Part shown: piece by piece, positions 42,387 through 51,413 of the stretch | How the letters are laid out: every line of letters starts with the position of its first letter | How positions within the stretch are numbered: position 1 is the stretch's first letter | Assembly: GCA_965223325.1 (NCBI GenBank) | Contig: CBDCWI010000001.1 | Coordinates: forward strand, 288,001 to 352,000 | Direction: 5' to 3' | From: Candidatus Multivoradales bacterium | GTDB taxonomy: Bacteria > Acidobacteriota > Thermoanaerobaculia > Multivoradales > Multivoraceae | DNA: 64,000 nucleotides | Notes under the pieces: generated by a model | Databases searched by the model: none | What the model was told of the DNA's origin: nothing | What the model saw: only the letters and a program-made list of their open reading frames with translations | Position numbers and translations under genes: made by a program

Positions 42387-42387
42387 G

Positions 42388-43977
42388 TCAAGTCACCGTG
42401 AACTGCCCCATCATGCCTAGATCTTCATGCTCGAGGATGTGGCAGTGGTACATGTACGGGTACTGGTCGGTGGCCCGGTGGTCGAAGCGGACCATGAACT
42501 CGGTGCTGTTGTTGACCCAGACGGTGTCTTTCCAGCCGGCGTTTTCCTCCGCCACTGGTTTCCCATCCTCTGACAGCACCAGAAACGAACAGCCGTGAAC
42601 ATGGAACGGGTGGTGGCCATCGTCGTTCTCCACCCGCCAGAGTTCCCACTCGCCCAACCGCACGCGCTCGTTGATGACGCTCATGTCCATTGTCTGTCCG
42701 TTGATCCCCATGGACATGCTTGGCATGATCGAAGCGCGCCGCACACGACCGCGCCCGTCGCGTTCGCCCATTCCCATGTCTAGCGCAAATCGTCGCTCGC
42801 GCCGCGCTTCGTGAGGAGACGGCCGAACGATCTTGTTCATGCGGGTGGGCAGATCACCGCGAAAGGCCGGTCGCTGGGGATCGACCTGGAGCTCCAGGAT
42901 CTCAAAAGTATCGTTCATGCCGCCGGCCCAGAATCCCCGGCCACGCTCTTCGTTCCGGCGGTTGCGCTCTCCGCCTCGCCGGTCGCGACCACCGTCTCGG
43001 CGATCGCGGTCCCGGTCGCGCGTCTCACGCCGGTCGACGGACTCTGTCGGACCGCTCACCAACATGGCCGAGCGGCCACTCGAGAAGTCGACGACGATCT
43101 CGCTCCGCTCGCCCGGCACCATGATCAGTTCGGTCAAAGGCACGGGGGCTTCGAGAAACCCGCCATCGGTGGCGATCTTGTGAAACGTACGATCGTCATC
43201 GAAACGGAGCCGGTAGAAGCGAGCGTTGGATCCATTGAGAATCCGGAGCCTTACCAGACCGGCCGGAACCCGAAGAAGCGGATCAGAGATTCCGTTGACC
43301 GTCGTCACCTCGCCCAGGAACCCGTCTTCCTCGTCAGCATCTTCCAGGGAGTAGACAAGACCGCCCCGCCGATCGAGAGTGCGATCCTGAATGACGACCG
43401 GTATGTCGTCGACTCCATAGGTGGCAGGCAACGGCAGGTCATCGCTGTTCTCATCGTCGATGATGAGAAGCCCGGCCAGACCGCTGTAGACCTGCTTGCC
43501 GGTCCTGCCATGCGTATGCGGGTGATACCAGGCGGTAGAAGCCTCTTGCCGGATGGGCAGAACTGGTGACCAGGTTTCGCCGGGTGCGATCTCCTGCTGT
43601 GGACCACCGTCCACTTCCCCGGGTACATGGAGGCCGTGGCCGTGGACCGCAATGGACTCAGACAGGCTGTTTCGGTAGACGAATGGCACGTCCTGTCCGG
43701 TACGCATACGCACCGTCGGCCCCAGACAAGGCCCGTTGAACCCCCAGGTCGTTGACTTGATTCCCGGGAGCATCTCCCATTGCCCAGCCTGCATCGTGAG
43801 CTCGACTGGGCGACCGCCCCGAAACCAAAGGAGCTCAGGAATCGGCAACTCCCTCTTGCGACGGCCATTGGCCGACGTAGAACAGCCTCTCGGTAGCGCG
43901 GGGACTGCCAGCCCCACCCCCGTCAACATCCAGGCGCCGAGACCGAGTCCGCGTTTTAGAAAGGCTCGTCTCTCCAT
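42388..43977 (-). CDS. Tat-exported multicopper oxidase (CueO/SufI family)
   Basis: MERRAFLK Tat motif; copper ligands HGHG, WYHPH, HPFHVH, HCHILEHEDLGMM. Confidence 0.93.
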   Translation of the reverse strand: MERRAFLKRGLGLGAWMLTGVGLAVPALPRGCSTSANGRRKRELPIPELLWFRGGRPVELTMQAGQWEMLPGIKSTTWGFNGPCLGPTVRMRTGQDVPFVYRNSLSESIAVHGHGLHVPGEVDGGPQQEIAPGETWSPVLPIRQEASTAWYHPHTHGRTGKQVYSGLAGLLIIDDENSDDLPLPATYGVDDIPVVIQDRTLDRRGGLVYSLEDADEEDGFLGEVTTVNGISDPLLRVPAGLVRLRILNGSNARFYRLRFDDDRTFHKIATDGGFLEAPVPLTELIMVPGERSEIVVDFSSGRSAMLVSGPTESVDRRETRDRDRDRRDGGRDRRGGERNRRNEERGRGFWAGGMNDTFEILELQVDPQRPAFRGDLPTRMNKIVRPSPHEARRERRFALDMGMGERDGRGRVRRASIMPSMSMGINGQTMDMSVINERVRLGEWELWRVENDDGHHPFHVHGCSFLVLSEDGKPVAEENAGWKDTVWVNNSTEFMVRFDHRATDQYPYMYHCHILEHEDLGMMGQFTVT

Positions 43978-44450
43978 CACATCTCCCTTGGATCGGTCGT
44001 CTCGCTGGCCTACCTGGGACAACGCTCTTTCTGTTCGGCGCTGCTCCCATTCGTGCTGAACCAGCTTCCCGACCGAGAGTAGCCGGCTGATCTGAAGCGC
44101 AAGTGGCCTGAACATGAATTTCTCTTCAGGCAGTCCATCGGAGGGCCCTGAGCGTGGTCCGAGTGCACGGCGTCCGGCCATCGGAGCGCCAGCCAGGAGG
44201 CCGTGAGCCGGTGCCATGACTCACTGCTCTCGTGCCCGAAGAGTTGCCGCTCCGCGGTGGCAGGGGCCACGTCCGTTGGCGCAAACGTTACGGGCACTGG
44301 TGCCCACGGCCCGTCAAGACCCCAACAAGAAAGCGCCTCTTAGCGTCGTGGACTGCTCTGGCATCGCCATTGCTCTCGCTCCCTTCATGCGACCTCGTGC
44401 GAGGCCGCCGCTGCCAGCGCCGCAATCACCCAAAGGGAGTGAAAACACCG

Positions 44451-45299
44451 ATGAGAGCCACGACACGACTTCTCCTTTTTCTCGGCGCGGTGAGCGCGCT
44501 GGTCGCCAGCGCCGGGCAGGAGGCTGGCGCCAGCACCTTTGTGGACATGAAGTTCAGCGACATCGTCCAGCGCGCCGAGATGGTCGCCCTGGGAACCGTC
44601 ACCTCGCTGCGCACTGTCAGCCGGGGCGAGGCGACCGAAGACGAGACCAGCCAAAGCGACGAGAACCAGCCGCCCCGAGACGACGGCAGCGCAGCCGACG
44701 GCCCTTCCGCCGACGCACCGGAGGCCGACACCGCAAGAAGCCCCCGGGTACTCGCCGAGACCGCCACCCCCCAGGCACTCGCTACCGAAGGCGGCCGCAT
44801 GTTGTTCACCGAGGTCACCTTCGAGGTCGAACGTTCGGTTCTCGGCGAGGCGCCACGCACCTTGACATTCCTTATCGCTGGCGGCAGCGACGGCGAGACC
44901 GAAGTCATCGTGCACGGCCTGCCGACCTTCGAGCTCGGCGCTCGCTACCTGTTGTTCATCGACCCCAGCTTCCGCGATACCGCCAACCCGATCGTCGGTG
45001 CTAACCAGGGCTTCTTCCGCGTCGCGGAAGGACCGGCGGGAAAAGAGCGGCTCATTACCTACAACGGCGACGTCGTGGTCTCCATCGACGACCAACAAAT
45101 CACGGTTCAGTACGACCCCGAGTTCAATCGCCGCGTGCTTCCACAGCTCGCCGACGGACCTACCCCTGACGACGCAAGGAGCACCCGCACCAACGCCATC
45201 AGTCCCGCTCTCGCGCGCTACTGGATGGCCGAGGACACACCCCTCTCGGTGGACGCCTTCATTGCGGCCACCCTTAGCGCCGAGGAGGCAGCACAATGA
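44451..45299 (+). CDS. Hypothetical secreted protein (protease-associated)
   Basis: Signal peptide; AEMVALGTV...GG.....V.GLPTF..GARYLLF; ATGA overlap with the downstream protease gene. Confidence 0.75.
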   Translation: MRATTRLLLFLGAVSALVASAGQEAGASTFVDMKFSDIVQRAEMVALGTVTSLRTVSRGEATEDETSQSDENQPPRDDGSAADGPSADAPEADTARSPRVLAETATPQALATEGGRMLFTEVTFEVERSVLGEAPRTLTFLIAGGSDGETEVIVHGLPTFELGARYLLFIDPSFRDTANPIVGANQGFFRVAEGPAGKERLITYNGDVVVSIDDQQITVQYDPEFNRRVLPQLADGPTPDDARSTRTNAISPALARYWMAEDTPLSVDAFIAATLSAEEAAQ

Positions 45300-47119
45300 A
45301 CCGTTTGAGATCCACTGACCATCTCCGCTATCGCCTGTTGGCTCTCGTCGCTCTAGCAACCATCGCCACCAGTGTCCAGGCGCAGGTGATCAACAACTAC
45401 TGGCCCGACGGCGACAACATCGTCATGGACGACGTGCTCTTGCCGGCCGCCAGCTGGAGTGCCCCTGCTCAGGGCGAGATGGCCGAGTGGAACTACGTCG
45501 ACACATCGAACAACTCCCATCCCTTCCGCATCTCGAACAGCCCGCAGTTCAGCTTCGGTGCCGATGACGGTGACAACACCATCGGCTTCCTCGGCGAAGC
45601 CGGCTTGAACAGCGAGTACGGCCTGTCGTTTAGCAACGCCCTCGCCTGGGCGGTGTGCTGGAAGAGCTTCTGGTCGGGCCGCTACAACGAGTGCGACGTG
45701 ATCCTCGACTCGGGCAGGAGCTGGAGTCTGTCACCACACGACAGCACCTACTTTCGCTCCACCGTCCTTCACGAGCTCGGTCACGTGCGCGGCCTCGGCC
45801 ACTACAACGCCTGGCAGTCGATTGAAAACAGCGGCCAGAGCAAGCACCTGCGTGGCGAGACCACCTACATGGTCGACCGCAACGGAGTGCGCGCCAACGC
45901 CACCAACGTCTCGGAACGCGATTTCGCGATCTACAACAAGTGGCACAACGGCTCGGTTCCGCGCTGGATGAAGATGTCACCCACAACGATTCGCGAAGGT
46001 CAGCAGCTCAGTATCGACAACATCTCGGTCGAGAACAAGGGCACCCTGGCGTTCGGCTCGACCCTGACCTTCGGCGTCTATCTGTCGACCAACACCATCA
46101 TTTCCACCGCTGACCAACGCATCAGCAGCGGTTCGTGGGGCTCCTACAGCACCAACACCGCGTCGACGTTCGACTGGACGGCCACCATTCCGACGCAGTC
46201 GGACTGCTCGACTCGCTATGTCGGCGGCATTGTCGACTACAACGGTGCGTGGACGGAACGCTACGAGGGCAACAACGCGGTGATCTTCACCAACGGTGAT
46301 CCCTACGTCGGAAGCGGCAACAACTTCCAGCCCGACGCGCTGACGATTCTGCTCGCCGAGGACTCCTACGAGCCCAACGACTCGCGCGCCGCAGCGCCGA
46401 CGATCTCGCTGCCGTTCTCCGAAAACGGCCTCACGATCGACCAGGACGCCGAGAACGACTACTTCCGAATGGTCGTGAGCCAGGCCGGCACCATCGACGT
46501 TCATGTCGACTTCGCGCATTCACTCGGCAACGTCAACCTGGCGCTCTATAGCAGTGGCGGATCGCTGCTCGCCTCATCGCTCTCGACAACCAACGACGAG
46601 AGCCTCTCCTACCATGCACAGCCGGGCACCTACTACGTGCGGGTCTGGGGTACGGGAACTGGCAGCTGCAACCACTACGACATCGACGTGACGTTTGACA
46701 AGGACCTCGCTGACCTGACGGTCACCACCCTCAGCGCACCGCGCTTCGGGTTGATCGGCGGCGATATCACTTTCGCCAACGGGGTCAAGAACATCGGCCC
46801 GGCCGCGGCGGGCGCTCATCGCGTCGGCTTCTACCTGTCGCAGAACACCATCTGCTCGGGCGCCGATGTGCACCTCGGGAGCCGCAACATCGGGTCGATC
46901 ACTTCGGGAGCAACCCACGCGGTCTCGACGACCCTGCAGATTCCGCCTGGAACCGTCGAGGGGGCCTGGTACCTATGCGCCTGGGCCGACGACCTGGGTG
47001 CCGTCGAGGAGGACTCGAACAGCAACAACAAGAAGTTGAGCGCCATCGTGTTGACCTCGTTGTTCTTCGATCCGTTCGAAACCGGGGACATGACGCGCTG
47101 GAGCAGCTCGGTTCCCTAG
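45296..47119 (+). CDS. Secreted metzincin (matrixin-like) metalloprotease with CARDB/PPC domains
   Basis: HELGHVRGLGH; DSYEPND...DYF (PPC-like); VKNIG...FYLS...VEE.S.SNN (CARDB-like); C-terminal FFDPFETGDMTRWS. Confidence 0.88.
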   Translation: MNRLRSTDHLRYRLLALVALATIATSVQAQVINNYWPDGDNIVMDDVLLPAASWSAPAQGEMAEWNYVDTSNNSHPFRISNSPQFSFGADDGDNTIGFLGEAGLNSEYGLSFSNALAWAVCWKSFWSGRYNECDVILDSGRSWSLSPHDSTYFRSTVLHELGHVRGLGHYNAWQSIENSGQSKHLRGETTYMVDRNGVRANATNVSERDFAIYNKWHNGSVPRWMKMSPTTIREGQQLSIDNISVENKGTLAFGSTLTFGVYLSTNTIISTADQRISSGSWGSYSTNTASTFDWTATIPTQSDCSTRYVGGIVDYNGAWTERYEGNNAVIFTNGDPYVGSGNNFQPDALTILLAEDSYEPNDSRAAAPTISLPFSENGLTIDQDAENDYFRMVVSQAGTIDVHVDFAHSLGNVNLALYSSGGSLLASSLSTTNDESLSYHAQPGTYYVRVWGTGTGSCNHYDIDVTFDKDLADLTVTTLSAPRFGLIGGDITFANGVKNIGPAAAGAHRVGFYLSQNTICSGADVHLGSRNIGSITSGATHAVSTTLQIPPGTVEGAWYLCAWADDLGAVEEDSNSNNKKLSAIVLTSLFFDPFETGDMTRWSSSVP

Positions 47120-47325
47120 TCGAACAGAACAATCTCTCCTGGGCCCTTTGGAGACTCCAGGGTCACGGGGAGACGGGCCGGCGGGTGTCTGCATCAGCGT
47201 TGTCTTACATCGAGCTGCAGTCACCGCGAGAAACAGCCTGCGAACCGATGCCCCAGCGGGGCACCACCGCACTGTTCTCTCACGGGAAGCACTTGTCGGC
47301 CCACCTCTCTTCAGGACGACTCTCT

Positions 47326-48036
47326 TCAGGAGGACTCCCTTGGAGCCTGTGGTCGCACCGAACTCGGTGTCACTCTCGACCACGGGCTCCAGTCGTAACT
47401 GTCGACCGGGTCGTGGCCGGCGAGGCTGCGGTCGAGAGATGGCAGGTCATCAAAGCCCCAGAACAGCTTCCCGTCGACGATCATGGTTGGCACTCCAAAT
47501 ACATCGCGCGCGACGGCCTGGTCGGTGAGTTCCCGGATGCGCGCCTTCGCCTCGGGAGTGTCCGCACGGTGGACGAAGTCATCACCAGGCAAACCGCCTT
47601 CGTTCAGCACGTCGCGCACGACTTCTCGATCGGTGATGTCTCGAGACTGTGCCCAGGCTGCGCGCAGAAGAGCCGTCACAGCGTTGTGGCGATCGTCGTC
47701 TGCCATTTCGAGGCCGCACACCCGCAGCGCGAGGAGCGGATTGAACGGGTGCGACACCGGAGGTGCCAACGGGATCCCCAGGTCGAGTGCCTTGCGCACC
47801 ACGTCACGACCCATCCAGCGCCGCTTGGCCGGAATCTCGGCCGGACCGAGCTGCCCCCACGCCTCGAGCAGGCCAGCGAACAGAACCGGAACCGGCCGTA
47901 GCGAGCGCTCGTGGCGCGCCGCCACGTCGCCGACCGCCTCCCAGGCCAGGTAGGCGTTGTGCGAAATCGGATCGAAGAAGAACTCGATCGGCTCCTTGCG
48001 TGAGCCGTCGACAGCATGCGGAGCAGACGGGGCCAT
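47326..48036 (-). CDS. 2-hydroxychromene-2-carboxylate isomerase / DsbA-like (kappa GST) protein
   Basis: IEFFFDPISHNAYLA, HPFN, VFGVPT, FWGFD. Confidence 0.88.
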   Translation of the reverse strand: MAPSAPHAVDGSRKEPIEFFFDPISHNAYLAWEAVGDVAARHERSLRPVPVLFAGLLEAWGQLGPAEIPAKRRWMGRDVVRKALDLGIPLAPPVSHPFNPLLALRVCGLEMADDDRHNAVTALLRAAWAQSRDITDREVVRDVLNEGGLPGDDFVHRADTPEAKARIRELTDQAVARDVFGVPTMIVDGKLFWGFDDLPSLDRSLAGHDPVDSYDWSPWSRVTPSSVRPQAPRESS

Positions 48037-48037
48037 G

Positions 48038-48376
48038 TCAGGCGAAGTTCGCTTCGAGGTAGCGGTTGATGTCGTCTGACTCGTAGAGCCAGCGCACGCG
48101 GTCCTTGCCTGGAGTATCGGGCTCTTCGATGCGTAGACAGGGCACCTGCTTCTTGCCGCCGCCGGCAACCAGCTCGTCAAACGCGGTGCGGCTGCGCTTG
48201 ATGTTCTTCATCTCGAGGTCGAGACCGAGGCGCCTCGCGGTGCGCCGCACCTTGACGCAGTAAGGGCAGGTCGCAAAGTGATAGAGAGTCAATCGGTCAA
48301 GGAGGGCGTCGACCCGGGCCTGCGCCTCGGGGCTGCGCGCTGGCTTAGAAGGTGAAAAGAGATCAAGCAGTCCCAT
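48038..48376 (-). CDS. Glutaredoxin / GST N-terminal domain protein
   Basis: CPYC, GGKKQVPCL, LYESDDI. Confidence 0.9.
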   Translation of the reverse strand: MGLLDLFSPSKPARSPEAQARVDALLDRLTLYHFATCPYCVKVRRTARRLGLDLEMKNIKRSRTAFDELVAGGGKKQVPCLRIEEPDTPGKDRVRWLYESDDINRYLEANFA

Positions 48377-48512
48377 CGTTTCAATCGTTCCTGGCAGTTG
48401 AGAGGGAGGTTGGCAGTCGAGCAGCGGCTCTTGGCAACCACCAACCACCACCATTGCCTTCTACGCGTGTGAGTGCATCTCTGGCCTTCTACGCGCGATG
48501 GTGGTCGTTTCT

Positions 48513-48917
48513 TCAGTGCGGCGCCTCGCGACCGGCTCGCGAGCAGCCCGGACTCTCAAGAGCCCGCTCGAGGAAACCTCGCAGAGCGACCGCCTGGTTG
48601 TGTTGTTCATCGCGGGCCGAGTAGACCAGAGTGACCGGCCCGCGCTGACTGAGCGCTAGCAGCACCGTCACGACCTCTGGATTAGCCTTCAGTTCATCGT
48701 GGTAGCGCTCACAGAACTCGGCCCAGCGCTCCGGCTGGTGCCCGAACCACCTACGAAGATCATGGCTCGGGCCGGCTTCTTTCAGCCACAAAGCGACGGC
48801 AGCACGCTCGCGGGTCATTCCGCGCGGCCAGATGCGGTCGACCAACACCCGCTTGCCGTCTTCCGAAGTAGGTTCTTCGTACACCCGCTTGGTCGCTATG
48901 CAGTGCGGGAGATTCAT
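48513..48917 (-). CDS. DUF488 (YeaO-like) protein
   Basis: KRVYE, DGKRVLVDRIWPRG, PS.DLRRWFGH, HNQAVAL. Confidence 0.92.
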   Translation of the reverse strand: MNLPHCIATKRVYEEPTSEDGKRVLVDRIWPRGMTRERAAVALWLKEAGPSHDLRRWFGHQPERWAEFCERYHDELKANPEVVTVLLALSQRGPVTLVYSARDEQHNQAVALRGFLERALESPGCSRAGREAPH

Positions 48918-50779
48918 GCCGCTTCGGTGAACTGGCGCTCGACCAGCCGCCGGTAGAGGCCGTCGCGGGCCATGAGCTCATCGTGCGGGCCGCTCTCGAC
49001 AACCTGTCCCCCATCGAGCACGACCACCCGATCGGCCCCGCGCACGGTCGACAGCCGATGGGCGATCACCAGGGTCGTGCGCCCCTTCATCAAACGGTCG
49101 AGCGCCTCTTGCACCAGGTGCTCACTCTCGGCGTCGAGAGCCGAGGTCGCCTCGTCGAGAATCAAGATGCGCGGGTCCTCGAGTACGGCCCGCGCAATCG
49201 CAATACGTTGCTTCTGGCCACCGGAGAGCCGCACGCCCCGCTCACCCACCATGGTCTCGAAGCCCTCGGTAAACGAGTCGATGAAGACCGTCGCATTGGC
49301 CGCTTCGGCTGCCGCTCGCACGTCGGCATCGCTGGCCTCCGGCCGGGCGTAGCGAATGTTCTCGGAAATGCTGGCGGCAAAGAGGACCGGTTCCTGCATC
49401 ACCGCGGCGATGTGACGACGGAGTGACCGCGGTTCGATCTCTGTGAGGCCAGTGCCATCAAGAGTGATCGAGCCCGCCTGCGGGTCGTAGAAGCGCGGAA
49501 TCAGGGCAGCCACCGTCGACTTGCCCGCCCCCGACGGCCCCACCAGGGCGACGACCTCGCCGGCAGCGACCTCGAGGTCGAAACCTCGGAGAACCGCTGC
49601 GTCGGGTCGCGAGGGATAGCTGAAGTCGACGCCTCGAAAACGAATCGCGCCCTGCACTTCGCCGAGTGCTTCCTCGACCGTCAGGCCGCCACCGCGCTCG
49701 AGTTCGCCGCGACTGTCGAGAAGCTCGAAAATGCGTTCCGATGCACCCGAAGCGCGCATGAAGTCGCCATACAGACTCGCCAGTGACCCCAGCGAAATCG
49801 CAACGAAGAAGGTATAGAGCAAGAACGCGGTGAGCTCACCAAGCGTCATGCCGCCCGTGGTCACAAGTCGCCCGCCGTACCAGACCACCAACGCCACCGC
49901 GCCGTAGCCGATGAAGCCCGCCAGGCCACCGAAGCCACCGATCGCCAGGGCGCGCTTGGCTGCCAAACGGTAGGAGTGATCGACCGCACTGCCGTAGCGC
50001 GCCACCTCGCCGGACTCCTGCGAAAACGAGCGTACGGTGCGAATCCCGGCAATCGACTCTTCGGCGATTTCGGTCGAGGCCGCAAGTGCGTCCTGCACCT
50101 TGACCGAGATCCTGCGGATCATGCGCCCGTAGAAGGCACCAATCAGAATGCCCACCGGGACAATCAACATCGCAATGCCGGTCAGGCGCGGACTCATCAC
50201 GGTGAGCAGAATGACCCCGCCGATTGCCGCCAACGCGTGGCGCAGCGCCATCGAAACGTTGACCGTCACCGTGTTCTGCAAGACCGTCGTATCGGCCGAC
50301 AATCGGTTGGTGAGCTCACCGGTTCGGCGCAGGTCGAAGAACGCAGTGTCTTGGTCGAGAATCGCCTGGAAGAGCTCCGTGCGCAGGTTGGCCACGATGC
50401 GTTCACCGGCAACGGTGAAGAGCCAGGAGCGCAGCATCGTAAACACCGACTGCACCGCGAACACCACGATCAGAATCACGGCCAGGGTGTCGAAAGAAAA
50501 CGGTGTCTCGCCCCCGACCAGATCGTCAACCAGAAACCGTACCGCCTGCGGATAGAGCAAGCCCATCCCCGTCGAGACGAGAAGCGCCACGGTGGCCAGG
50601 GAGAGCCGCGCAAGCTCCGGCCGCGCCAGACCGATCAGCCGCCTCAGGTCGAGCCGGGTACGCGACCCCTTGCCGCCACCTCCCCCGCTGCCTGAAGCGT
50701 CGTCGGCGAGAGAGCGGGGGCTCTTCTCTCGGTCTTCGCCGTCTGCTGTCGCGCTGTCTGAGATCGAGCTGTCTGCCAT
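48914..50779 (-). CDS. ABC exporter, fused permease/ATPase (MsbA/ABCB-like)
   Basis: Six TMs, GPSGAGKS, LSGGQKQR, LDEATSALD, IAHRLST. Confidence 0.95.
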   Translation of the reverse strand: MADSSISDSATADGEDREKSPRSLADDASGSGGGGGKGSRTRLDLRRLIGLARPELARLSLATVALLVSTGMGLLYPQAVRFLVDDLVGGETPFSFDTLAVILIVVFAVQSVFTMLRSWLFTVAGERIVANLRTELFQAILDQDTAFFDLRRTGELTNRLSADTTVLQNTVTVNVSMALRHALAAIGGVILLTVMSPRLTGIAMLIVPVGILIGAFYGRMIRRISVKVQDALAASTEIAEESIAGIRTVRSFSQESGEVARYGSAVDHSYRLAAKRALAIGGFGGLAGFIGYGAVALVVWYGGRLVTTGGMTLGELTAFLLYTFFVAISLGSLASLYGDFMRASGASERIFELLDSRGELERGGGLTVEEALGEVQGAIRFRGVDFSYPSRPDAAVLRGFDLEVAAGEVVALVGPSGAGKSTVAALIPRFYDPQAGSITLDGTGLTEIEPRSLRRHIAAVMQEPVLFAASISENIRYARPEASDADVRAAAEAANATVFIDSFTEGFETMVGERGVRLSGGQKQRIAIARAVLEDPRILILDEATSALDAESEHLVQEALDRLMKGRTTLVIAHRLSTVRGADRVVVLDGGQVVESGPHDELMARDGLYRRLVERQFTEAA

Positions 50780-50924
50780 AGGAATGCATCTTACGGAAGA
50801 GGGCTGCCGGACGTTTCGACGACCCGCGGGTTCGTAAAGGGGTGGCCAGACCCGCAGGCAGTGACTATCCTGCAGCAGAACCCCGTTCCTCCAATTCGAA
50901 CCTCCCTCCTGAGGAGACTCCCCG

Positions 50925-51290
50925 ATGTCCGTTGAGTTCTACAAGATCCTCCACCTGCTTGCTGCCTTCATGGTGCTGATCTCACTCGGCGGCCTGGCAA
51001 CCCATGCCGCCAACGGCGGCGGCAGAGACTCCAACAAGGTGCGCGCCCCCCTCTCGGTCCTCCACGGTCTGGGCCTGGTGATCTCATTGGTTGCCGGCTT
51101 CGGCCTGATCGCCAAGGTAGGAACCGGCTTCCCCATCTGGGTGATCATGAAACTGGTGATCTGGCTCATCCTCGGCATCGCTCTCATGATTCCCAACCGC
51201 GCACCACAGTACGCACGCCTTCTCCTGTGGCTGCTGCCGGTCCTCGGCGGCATCGCAGCCTGGTTGGCAATCGCCAAGCCGTTCCTCTAG
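50925..51290 (+). CDS. Small 4-TM membrane protein
   Basis: GAGGAG RBS; YKILH...HG.GL...GFG...W...KL..W. Confidence 0.8.
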   Translation: MSVEFYKILHLLAAFMVLISLGGLATHAANGGGRDSNKVRAPLSVLHGLGLVISLVAGFGLIAKVGTGFPIWVIMKLVIWLILGIALMIPNRAPQYARLLLWLLPVLGGIAAWLAIAKPFL

Positions 51291-51413
51291 AGAGTCCCCT
51301 CCACACCCGGGCGTTTCCCGGGCGTTTCCCGGGCAATCGACTGGGGTGGTTCTGGGATTTCGCGGGTTCGCGGGTCGGAATTCGTTGGCCGCTCTCTCTG
51401 TTCGGCAGGGACG

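Noticed and set aside
44230-44340. GGCGCAAAC resembling a c-di-GMP-I riboswitch upstream of the protease pair
   Set aside because: It lacks the upstream GGCAAAC..GAAA stem and the downstream consensus pairing.
51306-51334. Short CCCGGGCGTTT tandem repeat
   Set aside because: Only about 2.5 copies of an 11-mer in an intergenic gap, too short to interpret.
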